From the NCBI RefSeq assembly GCF_009914755.1, contig NC_060928.1: a stretch of DNA of 64,000 bases; one strand, written 5' to 3'. Numbering within the stretch: position 1 is the first letter of the stretch; every line of letters starts with the position of its first letter. The translations under genes were made by a program, and so were the position numbers. This DNA comes from the human T2T-CHM13v2.0 reference genome, Homo sapiens. The notes beneath the pieces were generated by a model that was not told where the DNA came from, did not search any database, and saw only the letters and a list, made by a program, of their open reading frames with translations. Positions 13,749 to 26,640 of this stretch are shown here, one piece after another.

Positions 13749-16700
13749 TTACACAGTTGATTTGCAAAGACTTGTCTTACAAAGTCCTATAAAGCTGTCC
13801 TGCAAAGCCAGTTTGGGAGAGTAAGAATGTTTCCAGGCGACAGTTAGTTTACAATTGTGACATGTAAAAGATGTGGCAGGGTGTAAGTGAGGCTAATACT
13901 CAGCAAAGGTGGAATAAGAGTGAAATGGTCCTCACCTTGAAAAAGAGCTCCTGGATATTAACAAAGAGTCTGTCATATGCCACAGTGGTGTTTTCATCCT
14001 CCCTGTGAGTCTGTCAGGGAAACACTACTGAGCAAAGCCAGCCCAGAGAGTGAGAAACCATGTGATTCCTATCCTTTTTTTCCCCATGCAAATGGACTAA
14101 ATAGGTGATCACCTTCAACTATGGCCTTGTGTTAGGTGTGTGTTCAAATGTTACATATTCTGTGTCATAGAAGTGAAAAACTTCAGAGCTGGAAGGGATC
14201 CAACAACCATCGAATCTAATTTTCTTTTTTAAAAAACAGGAAAATAGAAGCTCAGATTTGATAAAGGTTACAAAAGTCCACACAGAGAAATTCATAGTGG
14301 GATCAAAACCTGGGATTAGTAAATCCTAACTAAGAGGTCTTCTCAAAACTTCACTTCAGGAGTTGTGATCTATCCCTTTAGGTTAAATTATAGAACTGAG
14401 ACAGTTATTTCTTCTCCAAGGTGTTAGTTTCCTGATGGTTCTGTAATCATGATTTCTTATTTAAAAGGTGAAATTTAAAACTGCAGTGAATGATTTTTAG
14501 ATTTGCTGTCATAGGGACTTCAGCAGCAACTTTCAGAAGATTAAAGCTGAGAGGCTAGCCTTTGTTCTCAGTCCTTAATCGCTTTTCTCTTATGATGGAT
14601 TTGAAACACAGCAATACAAATGAAATAATAACAGTAAAAGGGCCTGGGAATTTAAGAAGATATTGCAAATATGTCACGTCATGGAGGCTTTGAATTTCAC
14701 TTTCTAAGTCATGTATCAAATTCAAGTACCCTGCTCTAAGTGTGGTCAAACATGCAAATATTTGCTTTCTGAGTAATTTGCCCTAATGACTTTGAAGCAT
14801 TTTTGAAAAACAGTGGTGACATTGTTCTGCCCTGGCAGAAAGCATATTCCTTGTCAGATGTCCACAGAGATCCCGACTGTCTACTGGCAGATTATTAAAG
14901 GATGGTGCTGCATTGTATTTGCTAAGCTTTCCTTCAGTTTGACAAAATGTTATGTATATAGGTTGTCACATCACCCAAGCTTCTGTGCCAGACCTGTCTG
15001 GCAGCCACCCTTGGTTAACCACTGGAAGATAGAACTAGAAACGTTTTAACTTCTGAAATAAGGTCCTCTTCTACAGACCCCTTACACTTTTATTTTTTAT
15101 TAGAAAGTATCTGATCGTCGGCAAAGTTTGAAGTGATCACACATAGGCAGCTGCTCATAGGAAATTCTGTTTTCACAGCTATGATGTTTTCCAGGTTCCA
15201 GGTTGGTAATTTAAATCTGTTCAGCCAGAAAATAGGAAATTTCAGCCATCACAGTAGCACCAGGTGTTTGCATTTGTCTTTCCTTGGCCTGTCCCTGTTT
15301 GGACACTAAGCTTTAGCAGTGGGGTTCAGGGATCACTACATGGCATATTTGGGACAGTGCTAATCATAGGAGTATGGATATTATATTCACCAAGCAGAAA
15401 GTTTCTTTATTGGAGAAAGCATGAGATGATTTCCCCGAGATGAAGAAAAAGAAAGAGGGGGGTAGAAGAAAACAAATAACTAGTTATTTAGGGAAAGTGT
15501 ATTCCAACAGTTGTCAGCATGTTACTTGGTTGGTTCATACTCTCAGTGGTTTTTTCGTTCTTAACAAAGCACTGTAATTTCTTTTCTAGGAAAATTTACC
15601 CCAAATGGTGTTAACCTTTTTTTCAAAGGCCAAAAGGGAGGTTTATTGAAAATCTGGAAAAGAAATTAAATATTTGTCACACTTAAATATGTTTAAAATT
15701 ATTAAATCTGTTTCTGTTAATCTGCAAAAAAAAAAGACGTTTAGGTCAGTGTAGTCCAGTTAAATATTGATATTATGAATTGCGTCCCTATCTGTGGTTG
15801 TCTTTTATTCATTTACCTCACAAACATGTAATACTAGTGTGCATATTTAGGTATGGGAGGACATTGGTCAGAGAAAACAGGTATATCTTGTAAAGAGCGA
15901 GAGCTGATAGTAGTCACAACCTTATTCAAAAAGATATTAACACAAAATAAGGGACTAATATCACAGGTGTAATGAAGACTTGCAAGAGAAAGGAAAGCTT
16001 TAAAATTAAAGGCATGGCGGTGGAATGGGTATTGTATTAATGAGACAGAAAGATGCCAGGAAACAATTCGAGCTGTTAAAGCACAGCAAAATTATTCATC
16101 TAGCACCTAGGGGCATCTCCTGAATCTGCTGTGGTTAAATATTCCTTTTCCATGTGTAAGTACAGAGTTTCAGACCTCAGCTCCAGAATGAAGTGAGGAG
16201 GCTAGAGATAATTTTTAAGGTTTACAACCAGTGTTTTAAGTGGACATAATTCTATTTTGAAGATTCTATTGAATGTTTTTAAAATAGTACACTAATTCCA
16301 AAAGTGTGCGTGGGGGAGTGCATCTCTTTCAATAGCTGGAAAAATCTTGGTTGGCATTCTTTGTTTTGGGTTTATATTCTGAATAAAATAGTTCATATAT
16401 GTTCAAGAAGAAGCACGTATTATAAGACTTTGTGGACCACAGACCTTCTCCAAGTTCTAAGAACCTTATAGAAGGAGACAAAAAAGTTAAAACCACATCT
16501 TAGTAAAAGAATTTATAAGTACACCATTAAACATCATAGCCTACTTAAATACTACAGAACATGGTTCAAATATGTGGAAAATTTGATGAGAAACTACCAT
16601 ATTATGATGAATCGTTAGTCTATATAAAATTATTCAGGAAACATGAAAGGCTTTGCTTGATGTATCCCAGCCAACAGTCTAATCTTGTCACTGATTTTGA

Positions 16701-17429
16701 AGCATCATCTTTCTGAATGCTTTCACTTAAAACTTTAACATTTAAAAGGTTTAGATTTCATGTTCCTTTTAACATGAATGGAGAAATGAGCCCCCTTCCA
16801 TTGTTGTCATAATATTTTTGGTTCAGTCAGTAATTTGTAAAACATGATTTTAAGAGATGCCTTCACCTATAGCTGGGAAGTTAAAGTAATTTCACTGAAT
16901 ACTGGCAATGCCTCTCAGAAACTGGATTGTAAGGATAGGAACTTTATAATAAGCAAGATACTTGAGGCTCATAAACGCTGGAATGAAGAGTTATTCAAAA
17001 CCAGATTGACAAAAAAGCAGCGTGGGGCCCTGTGGAAAGCAACAATACAAAAATGTCCCTCTTGGATTTGAGTGTTTAGGGATTTGTGAACTCAAATCTG
17101 AGAAAGGTATTTCAGGAATGTTATTTTTAATTTTTTTAAAAAAAATAATGGCAAATGGTTTTTAGCTTTAAAAAAAAATGACATATTGGAAAGGAAAATT
17201 CTAGTCTATCAAATGTAATATGGTTAGTTTCTAAATATCTTCCACATCCTGTTTTCCCCAAATAATTGCTTCCAATTCAATACTTTTTTTAGACATTTAA
17301 TATTTAATTTATAGCATGTGGATGGATAATATAAAATCTAAGTCTGGACCCTGCATTGAGTAGTTTAAAATGATTTGCAAAATAAGCTGTATGTACATGC
17401 AAATAACAAATGAGGAAGGATAGGACTAA

Positions 17430-17562
17430 TATTCAAATAATTATATATAATAATATTTATATTAATATATTTTATATGGTTTTTAAACTATATACTACTT
17501 AAACTATATAATATATAAAAATTTATATATAAATATATAGTTATAAATATATATATATATAG
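17430..17562. repeat. AT-rich low-complexity / (TA)n tract
   Basis: Near-pure A/T sequence with TATATA runs. Confidence 0.85.
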
Positions 17563-18199
17563 TTTTAGAGGAAACCCTAATGGAGGAATAAAGCTTAATC
17601 CATATTAGTCCCTCACAAAGCTTTGATTTGATCATAATTAGCTTCATACAGCATATCTAATGTATATTTGCTATGCTCATCTCAGTGGGAAACAATTTCT
17701 TTCAAAAACCTGTAATATGATTTCAAAGATTGGATGGTGTTGAAAGCCATCTTGATTATTGTTTGTAAAGCTGGGGAAAACATTTTCAAAATACTAAAAA
17801 TTAAAACGAATTATAAATGAATCAACATGTTTGCTCTCATGTGGCACAATCATGAATAATGACAAACTACACAATTATAAAAACCAAAACTTCTATACCA
17901 GTGTCAGGTGAGCCATTTGATGGATGTGTTTCCATTGAATATTACATGTTAAAAGAACGGTAAAAGGATGGCTAATTGTTTTCTGTAACAATAATGAGAA
18001 AGAGTATACATAAACCAAGTAGTTTCCACTTGGTGGAAGCAATTACAAAAATAATTTTTATCTGTTTTGCTGATAAAGCAGATTCATTAAAATATTTAGT
18101 ATTGTGTGAATAAGAGACAGAGAAGAGGGAAATAGAAAGATTCAAAGGCATTCATTGAGTAATGCAAAAATTCTCATATGTAGAGACATTTTACCCAGC

Positions 18200-18586
18200 A
18201 GGAACTTAAGTCCATGTGTGAGGCAGGCTGCTTGCATGGTGAAAAACAAAACAACACCGCCCCCTCCCCTGCTCTCTGTCTGCCTCACCCCCCTCACTCC
18301 ATTGACATGCATAGCTGGCCTGGTAGGTGTAAAAATAGACTGGCAGCGCCTGCACTGGAAATGGTCACTGAATGCAGCCTGCAGTTGCCGGGGGTTTTGA
18401 GTTCTCTCTGACACCAGCAAGCCAGCTAGCAGATGGGGAGAACTGGTGAGGGGCGTGGAAGGGAACTGAGCAGAGGAGCCAAGGATCATCTTGATGAATT
18501 GCCCACATTAGTGTACCCCTGGGAGCCCTGGACAGAGTGCAGAGGGCAAGGACGGGCCCACTGACAGCAGGAACTGTAGAGCTGAG
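18200..18586 (+). promoter_or_regulatory. Putative internal promoter / 5'UTR of the alternative first exon
   Basis: GC-richer unique stretch with a GC-box-like ccgccccctcccc (about 18256), a MEF2-like gtaaaaatag (about 18329) and several retained CpGs, directly upstream of the ATG at 18587. Confidence 0.45.
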
Positions 18587-18721
18587 ATGGGGAATGCAGC
18601 CCTCTGCTCTTCTTGCCATGCGGATAAGAGCATAAGAGCACAAGGAAACATGCAGGAACTGGATAAAACCCCAGACTACTATGGCTGTAACAGTGAGGAC
18701 GTCAAAGAACCTGGAGTGTGG
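18587..18721 (+). CDS. ANK2: Candidate alternative first coding exon of ANK2 (MGNAALCSSCHADKSIRAQGNMQELDKTPDYYGCNSEDVKEPGVW)
   Basis: Strong Kozak gagATGG, 45 open codons, then TGG|gtaagt (consensus donor) exactly at a codon boundary, in phase with exon 47134. Lies in non-repetitive, locally GC-richer sequence. Confidence 0.7.
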
Positions 18722-21349
18722 GTAAGTTTTAGGCCACAAAGGAGGAGGAAGGGAGGATGGTGGCATAAGAATCAACAGTAGACCTCATTGGTCAGACCTC
18801 TAAACTTCCTGGAAGGAAGCTGACAGAATAAAGCCAATGTGATCAAACCACCTGACTACCTCTGATCAAGTGGCATGCTTTTGCTTCCTCTTCATGTTAT
18901 GCAATGCCACATGTTTGTTTTTTCTCGGTTGTCTTTAACTCTGAGCTGACATTTGGGAAAGAGCAATGACACTGTCTCTTTAATTTGGAATTTTGTCCAA
19001 AGGTGGACATACGTATTATTATAGAGTGACTTTCAGCAATATTGCAGAGATTCACTTACGTTCAGTCTGTCAAATTCTTTCGCCTATTTATTCATGTATA
19101 GTTCGTTTCTCACTAAGTCACAGAGCATTTTTTTAAGCATATGCTCCCTTAGTATCCCAGCTCCAGCCTAAAACAGTATTTCCCTCTAATATTTGACTAA
19201 CTTCAGTGAAGAGGTCCTTAAATGCTTTTCTTGTTATGATAGTAATAGTTTGTAAAAAGGCTTAAACGTTAAGCAATTAAATAAGATTTATTTTTTTAAA
19301 TCTTTATTAAAATTTTATTTTTTAAAAACTTCAGATTTTAATAATTCATAGGCATGATGTGTTCCTTAAAATGGGTACAAAGGCTTATTGTGATTTTTTT
19401 TTTTTGGCCAGGAATCTCTGAAATATTTGGATTTTCATATTTGCTGGAGAATAAAGTTTATCTTTTATCTGTCAGATCCAGGAATTTGACCACCTTATTG
19501 CAAGTTATTTATTTGCATGAAAATAAATAGCTGGTTGCATGGTTTGGCTGCAACTATGAAACTAAGATATGTAGGATTTCTGAGTAAGAGAGGCAGAGGC
19601 GTTTGTACTTGTTATGTACTTGCCTGATATTTCCAGGAGTGAGAACAGGGTCTGAAGCATAGGAGGTGGTGCTCTGCTCTCTTTGGCTTTTACTCTGACC
19701 TGAAACAATGTCATCATTTCTTAGCACTGAAACTCTGTCAGACCATAGTGAAACTAAAACTAAAACTAAGAATTTATCAACAAAAACAACATGAAGGGCA
19801 AATATTTGCAGTTGGCAGTGAACAGAAAGCCCTGTCGTGAAAAAGAGGACAGTAGTTCCAGCATGGAGGTCACCGTAGTCAAAAACGAAGAAAAAAAAAG
19901 GTGGGGAGGGAGGCCGTCCCAGGGAAGGGAGATCACCCACCGTTAACAACCGCACAGGCGAGGTTTGTAACCAAGAGCAGTAACGTTTCTCCTGGATTAT
20001 GGTTTCCACTACCCACATCCACCCAGGAGAGCCGCTCTGGACTTCTCAGAGCAGTCACTTCTAATGCAGCTTTCTGAACTGAGGGGACAAAAAGTATCAT
20101 TACTACTAGTTCAGGACCACAAAAATGAGTGTATTTTTAAAAATGTACAATGTCATTTCTCTGAATTAATTAATATAGCCTGTTAGTCATTTAATAAAAT
20201 CTTCTGCTAAAGGTTTTATAGACTGGAGCATATCATGATTGGTGTGACATTGGAAAGGTGTGGTAGAGGTGGAAGTGGACCTGTTTTCTACCTTCAGAAA
20301 TGATATTCTGCCCAGAATTTTTCCACTTTGGCCATGGAGAAAAAGAAAAAGTTAATGTTTAACTTAATACCAAGCATGACTTAAGCAAAATATGTGGTTC
20401 TAGGTAGTTTAAGTTGGACTTTATGTCTTCCAAATGAGAATGTAAGACTCACAAACATATGTCAGGGTTTTCCTCTGAAATGAGCTTGGCTTTTACGTAA
20501 ATCCTTAAAGGACCAAAGATCTGCTCTTATCACAATTGGCTTGGCAGCTCCAAAAAAGAGGAAGCATGCAGGACAGGACAGAGTGAAGAACAAAACTCAG
20601 CTGTTTTTAAATTTTTATTTAGTCCTGGTAATGCTTCTAAATTTTTAATCACAGAGGGGAAAACTGCGTCATCTCATTATTTTTCCATGTTCATGTATGC
20701 AGATGACTGGTGGGTGTATTCCAAGTTCACTTGTGAAAGAAGCAGCTCTTGGAGATGCCTTACAGACTTTGCCCTGGATCCTAGGGTAGCTCTGACACAA
20801 GTCAGCAAGGCCTTGTTAGGGTCCAAGTAGGCTCCAGAGAGAAGGATTCTTGACCATGTTTTGATAAAGTGCTATTTAGAACAGCATAAAAAATGTATCT
20901 TTATTTTATGGTCTTCTTTTGGCTTGTATTTTTGTGATGATATCATTTATAAATTTGCATATTGGTCTAAGTATACTCTGTATTTTTCTTGCATTGAGAT
21001 CATGTATTTCTATTGTGGTTTCCTTAGCATAACAAATTAATTTGCTTTGTCCCAAGAGCAAAACCATAGATGCGATGCTTTAATATAGACATTTTTTAGG
21101 TTACCTACCCTAGCTGATTTTCAAGTTATCACATCCTTCTTTTTTTTACCAGTTTACTCTCAGAGATTTTTATTTTATTGCTTCATTTATTTTTAACAAT
21201 TTTTCCCAATTGTAGTAGAGATTTTCAGGTTTTTCGTATGAGCTTTTTCATTATTCTATAAATGTTCTTATTACTTTAGACCATGAGCATGAATTCTGGT
21301 CTTATTATGAAAACAATACTTTTCTGCTAGCTGACTCAAAAGGTAATAA

Positions 21350-21960
21350 GTCAATCAGCAAATGTTCACTGAGCTAGGTATAGTTTTGAATGCTGGCGAT
21401 TTAACGATGACAAGACAGAGTTCCTGTGATAGCGGGAGACAGACTTTCAGCATTTATATGGGGGGATGAGGAAGCATGGTGCCTAACTGAGAGGGAAATG
21501 TACTGGGAACGTTCAAGGGACGGAAGGATGGTTAGCATGACTGAAATGTAGTGATCAAAGAAGAGGACGGATGGCAATGAGGTATGAGAAGCAAGCATGG
21601 GCCTACCTTGGCAAAAGTTTGATTTCTTTCTGAACATAATTGAGTCTTGGAAAAGGACTTGAGATTTCATTAGAAGCACAGTGGGAAGCCTCTGGAGAGC
21701 TCTACACCAGGAAATGGTAGAACTTCATTTATGCTTTGAGAAAAATCTCTCTCCCTTTCTCCCCATCTCTTCCTCCCTCCATTTCCCCCTCCCTTTCCTT
21801 GGTGAAGGATGAGTTGTGAATGCAGCAAGAGAAAAAGAAGGGAGACCAGTTTAACTGGTTTCAAGGTTTGCAGCCCTGAAGTGAACAAGGATGGAGGATT
21901 GGATTAGGATGTTAACAATGGAGGTGAGATTGTAATCAGATTGAGGATGTATTTTTGTTT
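21350..21960 (-). mobile_element. Degenerate L2 fragment
   Basis: tcaatcagcaaatgttcactgagc L2 3'-end-like motif followed by purine-rich L2-like sequence. Confidence 0.5.
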
Positions 21961-22310
21961 TTATTGAAAGATTTTTGGGAGATTATAAAAGAAATAGAGG
22001 GGTGTGTGTGTGAGAGAATGAGTGAGATGATTCCTTATCTATGAAGCATATCAGTATGTCAAAAGAGTTGAGTTAAACTTTCCTTCAGTTTTGAACTCTA
22101 AAAGAATATAAATTAGTTTAAATGGTATAGTATTGTCTTCCGTAAAAGTTTTATAAAAGATAAGGAAATTTTGTTCATATGGTTAGTTTTGATATTAACC
22201 CTAACAAGAGCCAAAAGTGTAATGGAAATTACTCTGGTAAAGCATTTCAAAAAATACAAAATGATTTAGATATGGTTATGTAACTTTTAGATGATTTATT
22301 TAAAGATAAA

Positions 22311-22620
22311 GGCCTGGCATGGTGGCTCGCATCTGTAATCCCATCACTTTGGGAGGCCGAGGCAGGCAGATCACTGGAGCCCAGGAGTTCAAAATAAGTC
22401 TGGGCATCATGGCAGGACCCTGTTTCTACAAAAAAATACAAAAATTAGCTGGGTGTGGTGGCACACGCCCATGGTCCCAGCTACTCAGGAGGCTGAGGTG
22501 GGAGGATCACCTGAGCCTGGGGAGGTGGAGGCTGCAGTGAACTTTGATCGTACCACTGCACTCCAGCTTGCGTGAGAGTGAGACCCTGCCTCAAAAAAAA
22601 AAAAAAAAAAAAAAAAAAGA
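22311..22620 (+). mobile_element. AluJ-like element
   Basis: Alu dimer with long poly-A tail. Confidence 0.95.
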
Positions 22621-23797
22621 AAGATTGAAAGAAGAGAAGACATGACTTTCATTCTCTAGGAACTTACAATCCAGTTTTAGAAACAGGGCTTACCCACATG
22701 TAATCAATTAACTATAAAAGGTAGTAGAGAATTCACTGGCTGCACGAGTGTTGAAATGAGCCATTATAGGATGCCCAAGAAGGAGGGGATCAGTGCAGGC
22801 CTCGGTGCTCTGGGAACACCTCGTGGACAGAGCTAATACTTAGCTGATATGGTGCAGATCAGCTGTACCACTTGTTTACAGTTTGAATTGCTTTCACACA
22901 GGCTAATTAAGCAGCTGTTACTATGAACCTACCAAGCTGCCCCTTCTGAGGCTAGCAGAACCCCATCCTCAGGATTTCCCAGCCTACTCCCATCCTCTAA
23001 AGAAGCAAACAAAAGAATAATGCTTGGACTCTCAAGGGGCTTCCAGGACCACCCTCCTCTAGTGCTGTGGCCAGTGTCCATTGGGAGTGGTTGGTGCCTG
23101 AGCTGAACTAGTTGTTAAATATTTTTAATATCCATCCTGCCAGTGGAGAAGGTGGAGCCTGAAGCAGATCTTGGGAGCAAAATACAATCTGGGTTCCTGT
23201 TGGGAAGAAAGTACACTTGTGCCTTCAGTAAGCATGTATTCAGCCAGGCATGGGCCTACCAAGATGAGTAGGACATGCAAACTTGGCTTGAAGGAGTGTA
23301 ATCCAGGGATGGCCAAAGCAGGACTTTGAATATTGTGTTCCCATGTCCTGAGAAAGCACAGGGGATTATAGAGTACTTCAGGATGACAACTCAGCCTCAG
23401 AGGGTGGCAGAAAAGTTAAGTCCTGAAGCATTATGGGAAGTTCACACACTCAGTATTGGACTCATTAGAAAGACTGGAAAGCAATGGCTATAATACCATT
23501 TCTACTGGACATTTGTGGAACCCCCAAAATTTAGATGAGGCACATAGGCTAAGATTATCAAGAGATTCATAAGTCAAGATTTAGAATTTGAACTATATAC
23601 TAGTGAAAGGCCATTGACCAAAGGCTGTTTTAGGAGAATCAATTAGGTTGTAGTCTGCATATCATAAGCTCTATTTTCTTTGAAGTTCCTACCAGCTAAT
23701 AGGTACTTAGTAAATATTTGTGAAAAAAATGAATGAATTAATGACTAGGAAATCACCCAAAGTAGCAAATCTATTTATGGGAATTTTCCCACTACAG

Positions 23798-23842
23798 GTG
23801 ACATGCCCCCAGATGAAACCAGAGGCCGCCAACATTGAAAAG
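23798..23842 (+). CDS. ANK2: Candidate 45-nt cassette exon (VTCPQMKPEAANIEK)
   Basis: ttttcccactacag| acceptor and AAG|gtgatg donor; 15 codons with no stop in phase 0, so symmetric and compatible with exon 47134. Confidence 0.5.
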
Positions 23843-23962
23843 GTGATGGAAGCAAAAAAACACTTCTAAAAACAGTAAAGACGTTGGTAACTAAGAAGTT
23901 TTAATTATAACCTTCTGCTCAAAAAAGGAATGTACCCTTACTGCAATTGCACACATTACTTG

Positions 23963-24371
23963 TTGTCGTAGTTCATTTGTGTAGCTACAAAAGAATACCC
24001 GAAGCTGGGTAATTTATAAAGAAAAGAGGTTTATTTGGATCACAGTTCTGCAAGCTGTACAAGAAGCATTGCACCAGCATCTGCTTTTGGTGAGGGCTTC
24101 AGGAAGCTTCCACTCACGGAGGAAAGGGTAGGAGAGCTGGTGTGTACAGAAACCAGGGGGAGGTGCCAGGCTCTTGTTAATGATCAGCCATCAGGGGAAC
24201 TCTCATAGGAACTAATACAGCAAAAACTCACTCCTTATCACCAGAATGGCACTAAGCCATTCATGAGGGTCCACCCTCATGATCTAAACACCTTTTATTA
24301 GGCTCTGCCTCCAATATTGGGGATCACATTTCAACTTGAGGTTTGCAGAGTCAAATATGGAAACCACAGCA
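23963..24371 (-). mobile_element. MaLR solo LTR (MST family)
   Basis: gctgggtaatttataaagaaaagaggtttatttgg...cacagttctgc...gggatcacatttcaac...aaaccacagca, typical of MST/THE1 LTRs. Confidence 0.9.
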
Positions 24372-24501
24372 TTGGTATAAAATATATGTATAAAACATAT
24401 TTACTATAGAAAGTAGTAGACATTTTCTTGAATTGTTATTCTCTATATCAAGTTGTACATAAAATGCAATGGTTACATTTTAAAGAAATTTGGTGAAGGT
24501 A

Positions 24502-24833
<332 letters not shown>

Positions 24834-24999
24834 TTACATTGTAATGTTAAGCATTATCTATTTATTTTTTTTATAATGAGGTATATCCAAACCAAGTATT
24901 TGTATTTACTTGAACTATGTAATAACTTTTGAATAATATCTCTTCTGCTATATTTAATAAGATTAGTTCCACTGTCCCTATAGTGGCTTTTTCAAGGTC

Positions 25000-25080
25000 G
25001 CCTGTGTGATGATGGAGCTGGGAATACTCTGGGGAGAGAGTCCTCTTTTCAGCTGTATTTTGCTTCCTTCCCACACAGAC
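25000..25080 (+). ncRNA. MIR8082: microRNA hairpin matching hsa-mir-8082
   Basis: Fold-back: CTGTGTG/CACACAG basal stem, GAATAC/GTATTT, GGAGAG/CTCTTT. Contains TGATGGAGCTGGGAATACTCTG, which I recall as miR-8082, an ANK2-intronic miRNA. Confidence 0.8.
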
Positions 25081-25362
25081 ATCTGCTGTGCCTCTTACTC
25101 ACTTTTAGTTGCTGTTTTGGATTTTATGCCCCTTTAATCAAAACTTATTATGCCACAAGATAGATTGACTTGTTTCCTGAATTCTTTATTTTTATTTAAG
25201 GGTTTCTCTGTGAAATCTTAGGCATATTATATCACATTTGATTGTCAAAATTTTACGTGTTTGATTTTTCAAAGCTGACCTTCATATCATATTTGTGTGG
25301 GCTTATGTGACTATAGTAAAACTTTTTTGTGCCTTTCTTTAATACTTCCTTATAAGAAGTAT

Positions 25363-25628
25363 ACGTGTAATTCCAGCAATTTGGGAGGCTGAGGCAGGAG
25401 GATCACTTGTGCCCAGGAGTTTGAGATCAACCTGGGCAACACAGGGAGATTCTGTCTCTATATTAATTTTTTTTTAAGTTTGATGGTGTGCACCTGTGGA
25501 CCCAGCTATTTGGGAGGCTGAGCTGGGAGGAACTCTTCAGGCCAGGAAATTGAGGGTACAGTGAGCCTTGATTGTACCACTGCACTCCAGCCTAGGTGAC
25601 AGGGCAAGATGCTGTCTCAAAAAAAAAT
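25363..25628 (+). mobile_element. 5'-truncated diverged AluJ-like element
   Basis: tgtaattccagcaatttgggaggctgaggcaggaggatcac...cactgcactccagccta...tctcaaaaaa. Confidence 0.9.
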
Positions 25629-26439
25629 AGTAAAAATCTTACAATGATTGACAGAAGTATAATAATTTCAATGGTGGCTTTGAGCTAATGAATTGTTTCT
25701 TAAAGCTATGTGAAAGCCAGCTGTGTAATAGTAGAGATTATAAATTGAAACTGTGTTTTTGATGAGTTTAAGTGTTGCTGACATACAGTTTATTTAAATT
25801 TCAGTCTTTTTTTTTTTCTGTACTCTTTACCTTCCTCAGTCATCAATGAGTTCCAAAAGGGGGCTTTGAAGTAAATCATAGATTCTGTTTGATACTGTAG
25901 GAATTTCCATATTCTAGTACAGCAACTCTATTAAATAAACACATTGTGTACTTAAATTGGATCTCTCACAAGTCACAAATAATATATTAGAACTAGAGCT
26001 GAAGTACCTTTATATTTGCTACTTTTGTGTCATACCTTTCTAGATTATTGGCTTTCTGAAGGATATTAGAAAGCATCTTCTAAGATACCTAGTAAAACAG
26101 AAGTACATAGAAAAATTTGTGAAAATCTTTCCTTTTTGAAAACCACTGGTTGTTACATATGAACTTTTCCCCAGAGTTACAAAAGAAAAAGAGTATTTTT
26201 CAGGAATAAAAGACATTTAACAATTTTATATTAGTAAGGTATATATTTCACAGATTTGTCTATACCATCTATAATACATAATCATTTCTTTTAAAAAATG
26301 GCTTATGATATTCAGCTTTTTATGCATTCTTACAGCATACATTTTGACAGACTAGATGATTAATGATGACATAGGATAAACTGTATTTGGGATTGTGTAA
26401 TAAACACACAGTATGAAAAGTCTAGTTAATCCTTTATGT

Positions 26440-26640
26440 CAGCGCCTCCCAAAGTGTACTCTGTGAACTACCACATCAGAAGAATCGCCTGGTGTGTTTT
26501 TAAATGATGTAGATGGCTGAGCTTTACTCCAGACCTCCTGAGTTAAAATCTCAGAGGTGAGAGCCAAGAATATTTATTTAACAAGATTAAGCATAGTCTC
26601 TAAGTAACCCTTAAGTGCACTTAAGTATGATAACCACTGC
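26440..26640. mobile_element. MER5-like hAT/Charlie DNA transposon relic
   Basis: cagcgcctcccaaagtg...atcagaagaatcgcctgg...ccagacctcctgagtt...tttaacaag...aagtatgataaccactg. Confidence 0.7.

Noticed and set aside
19554-20018. 154-aa minus-strand ORF, the longest in the track
   Set aside because: No recognisable homology; its hydrophobic content is just the reverse complement of A-rich sequence.
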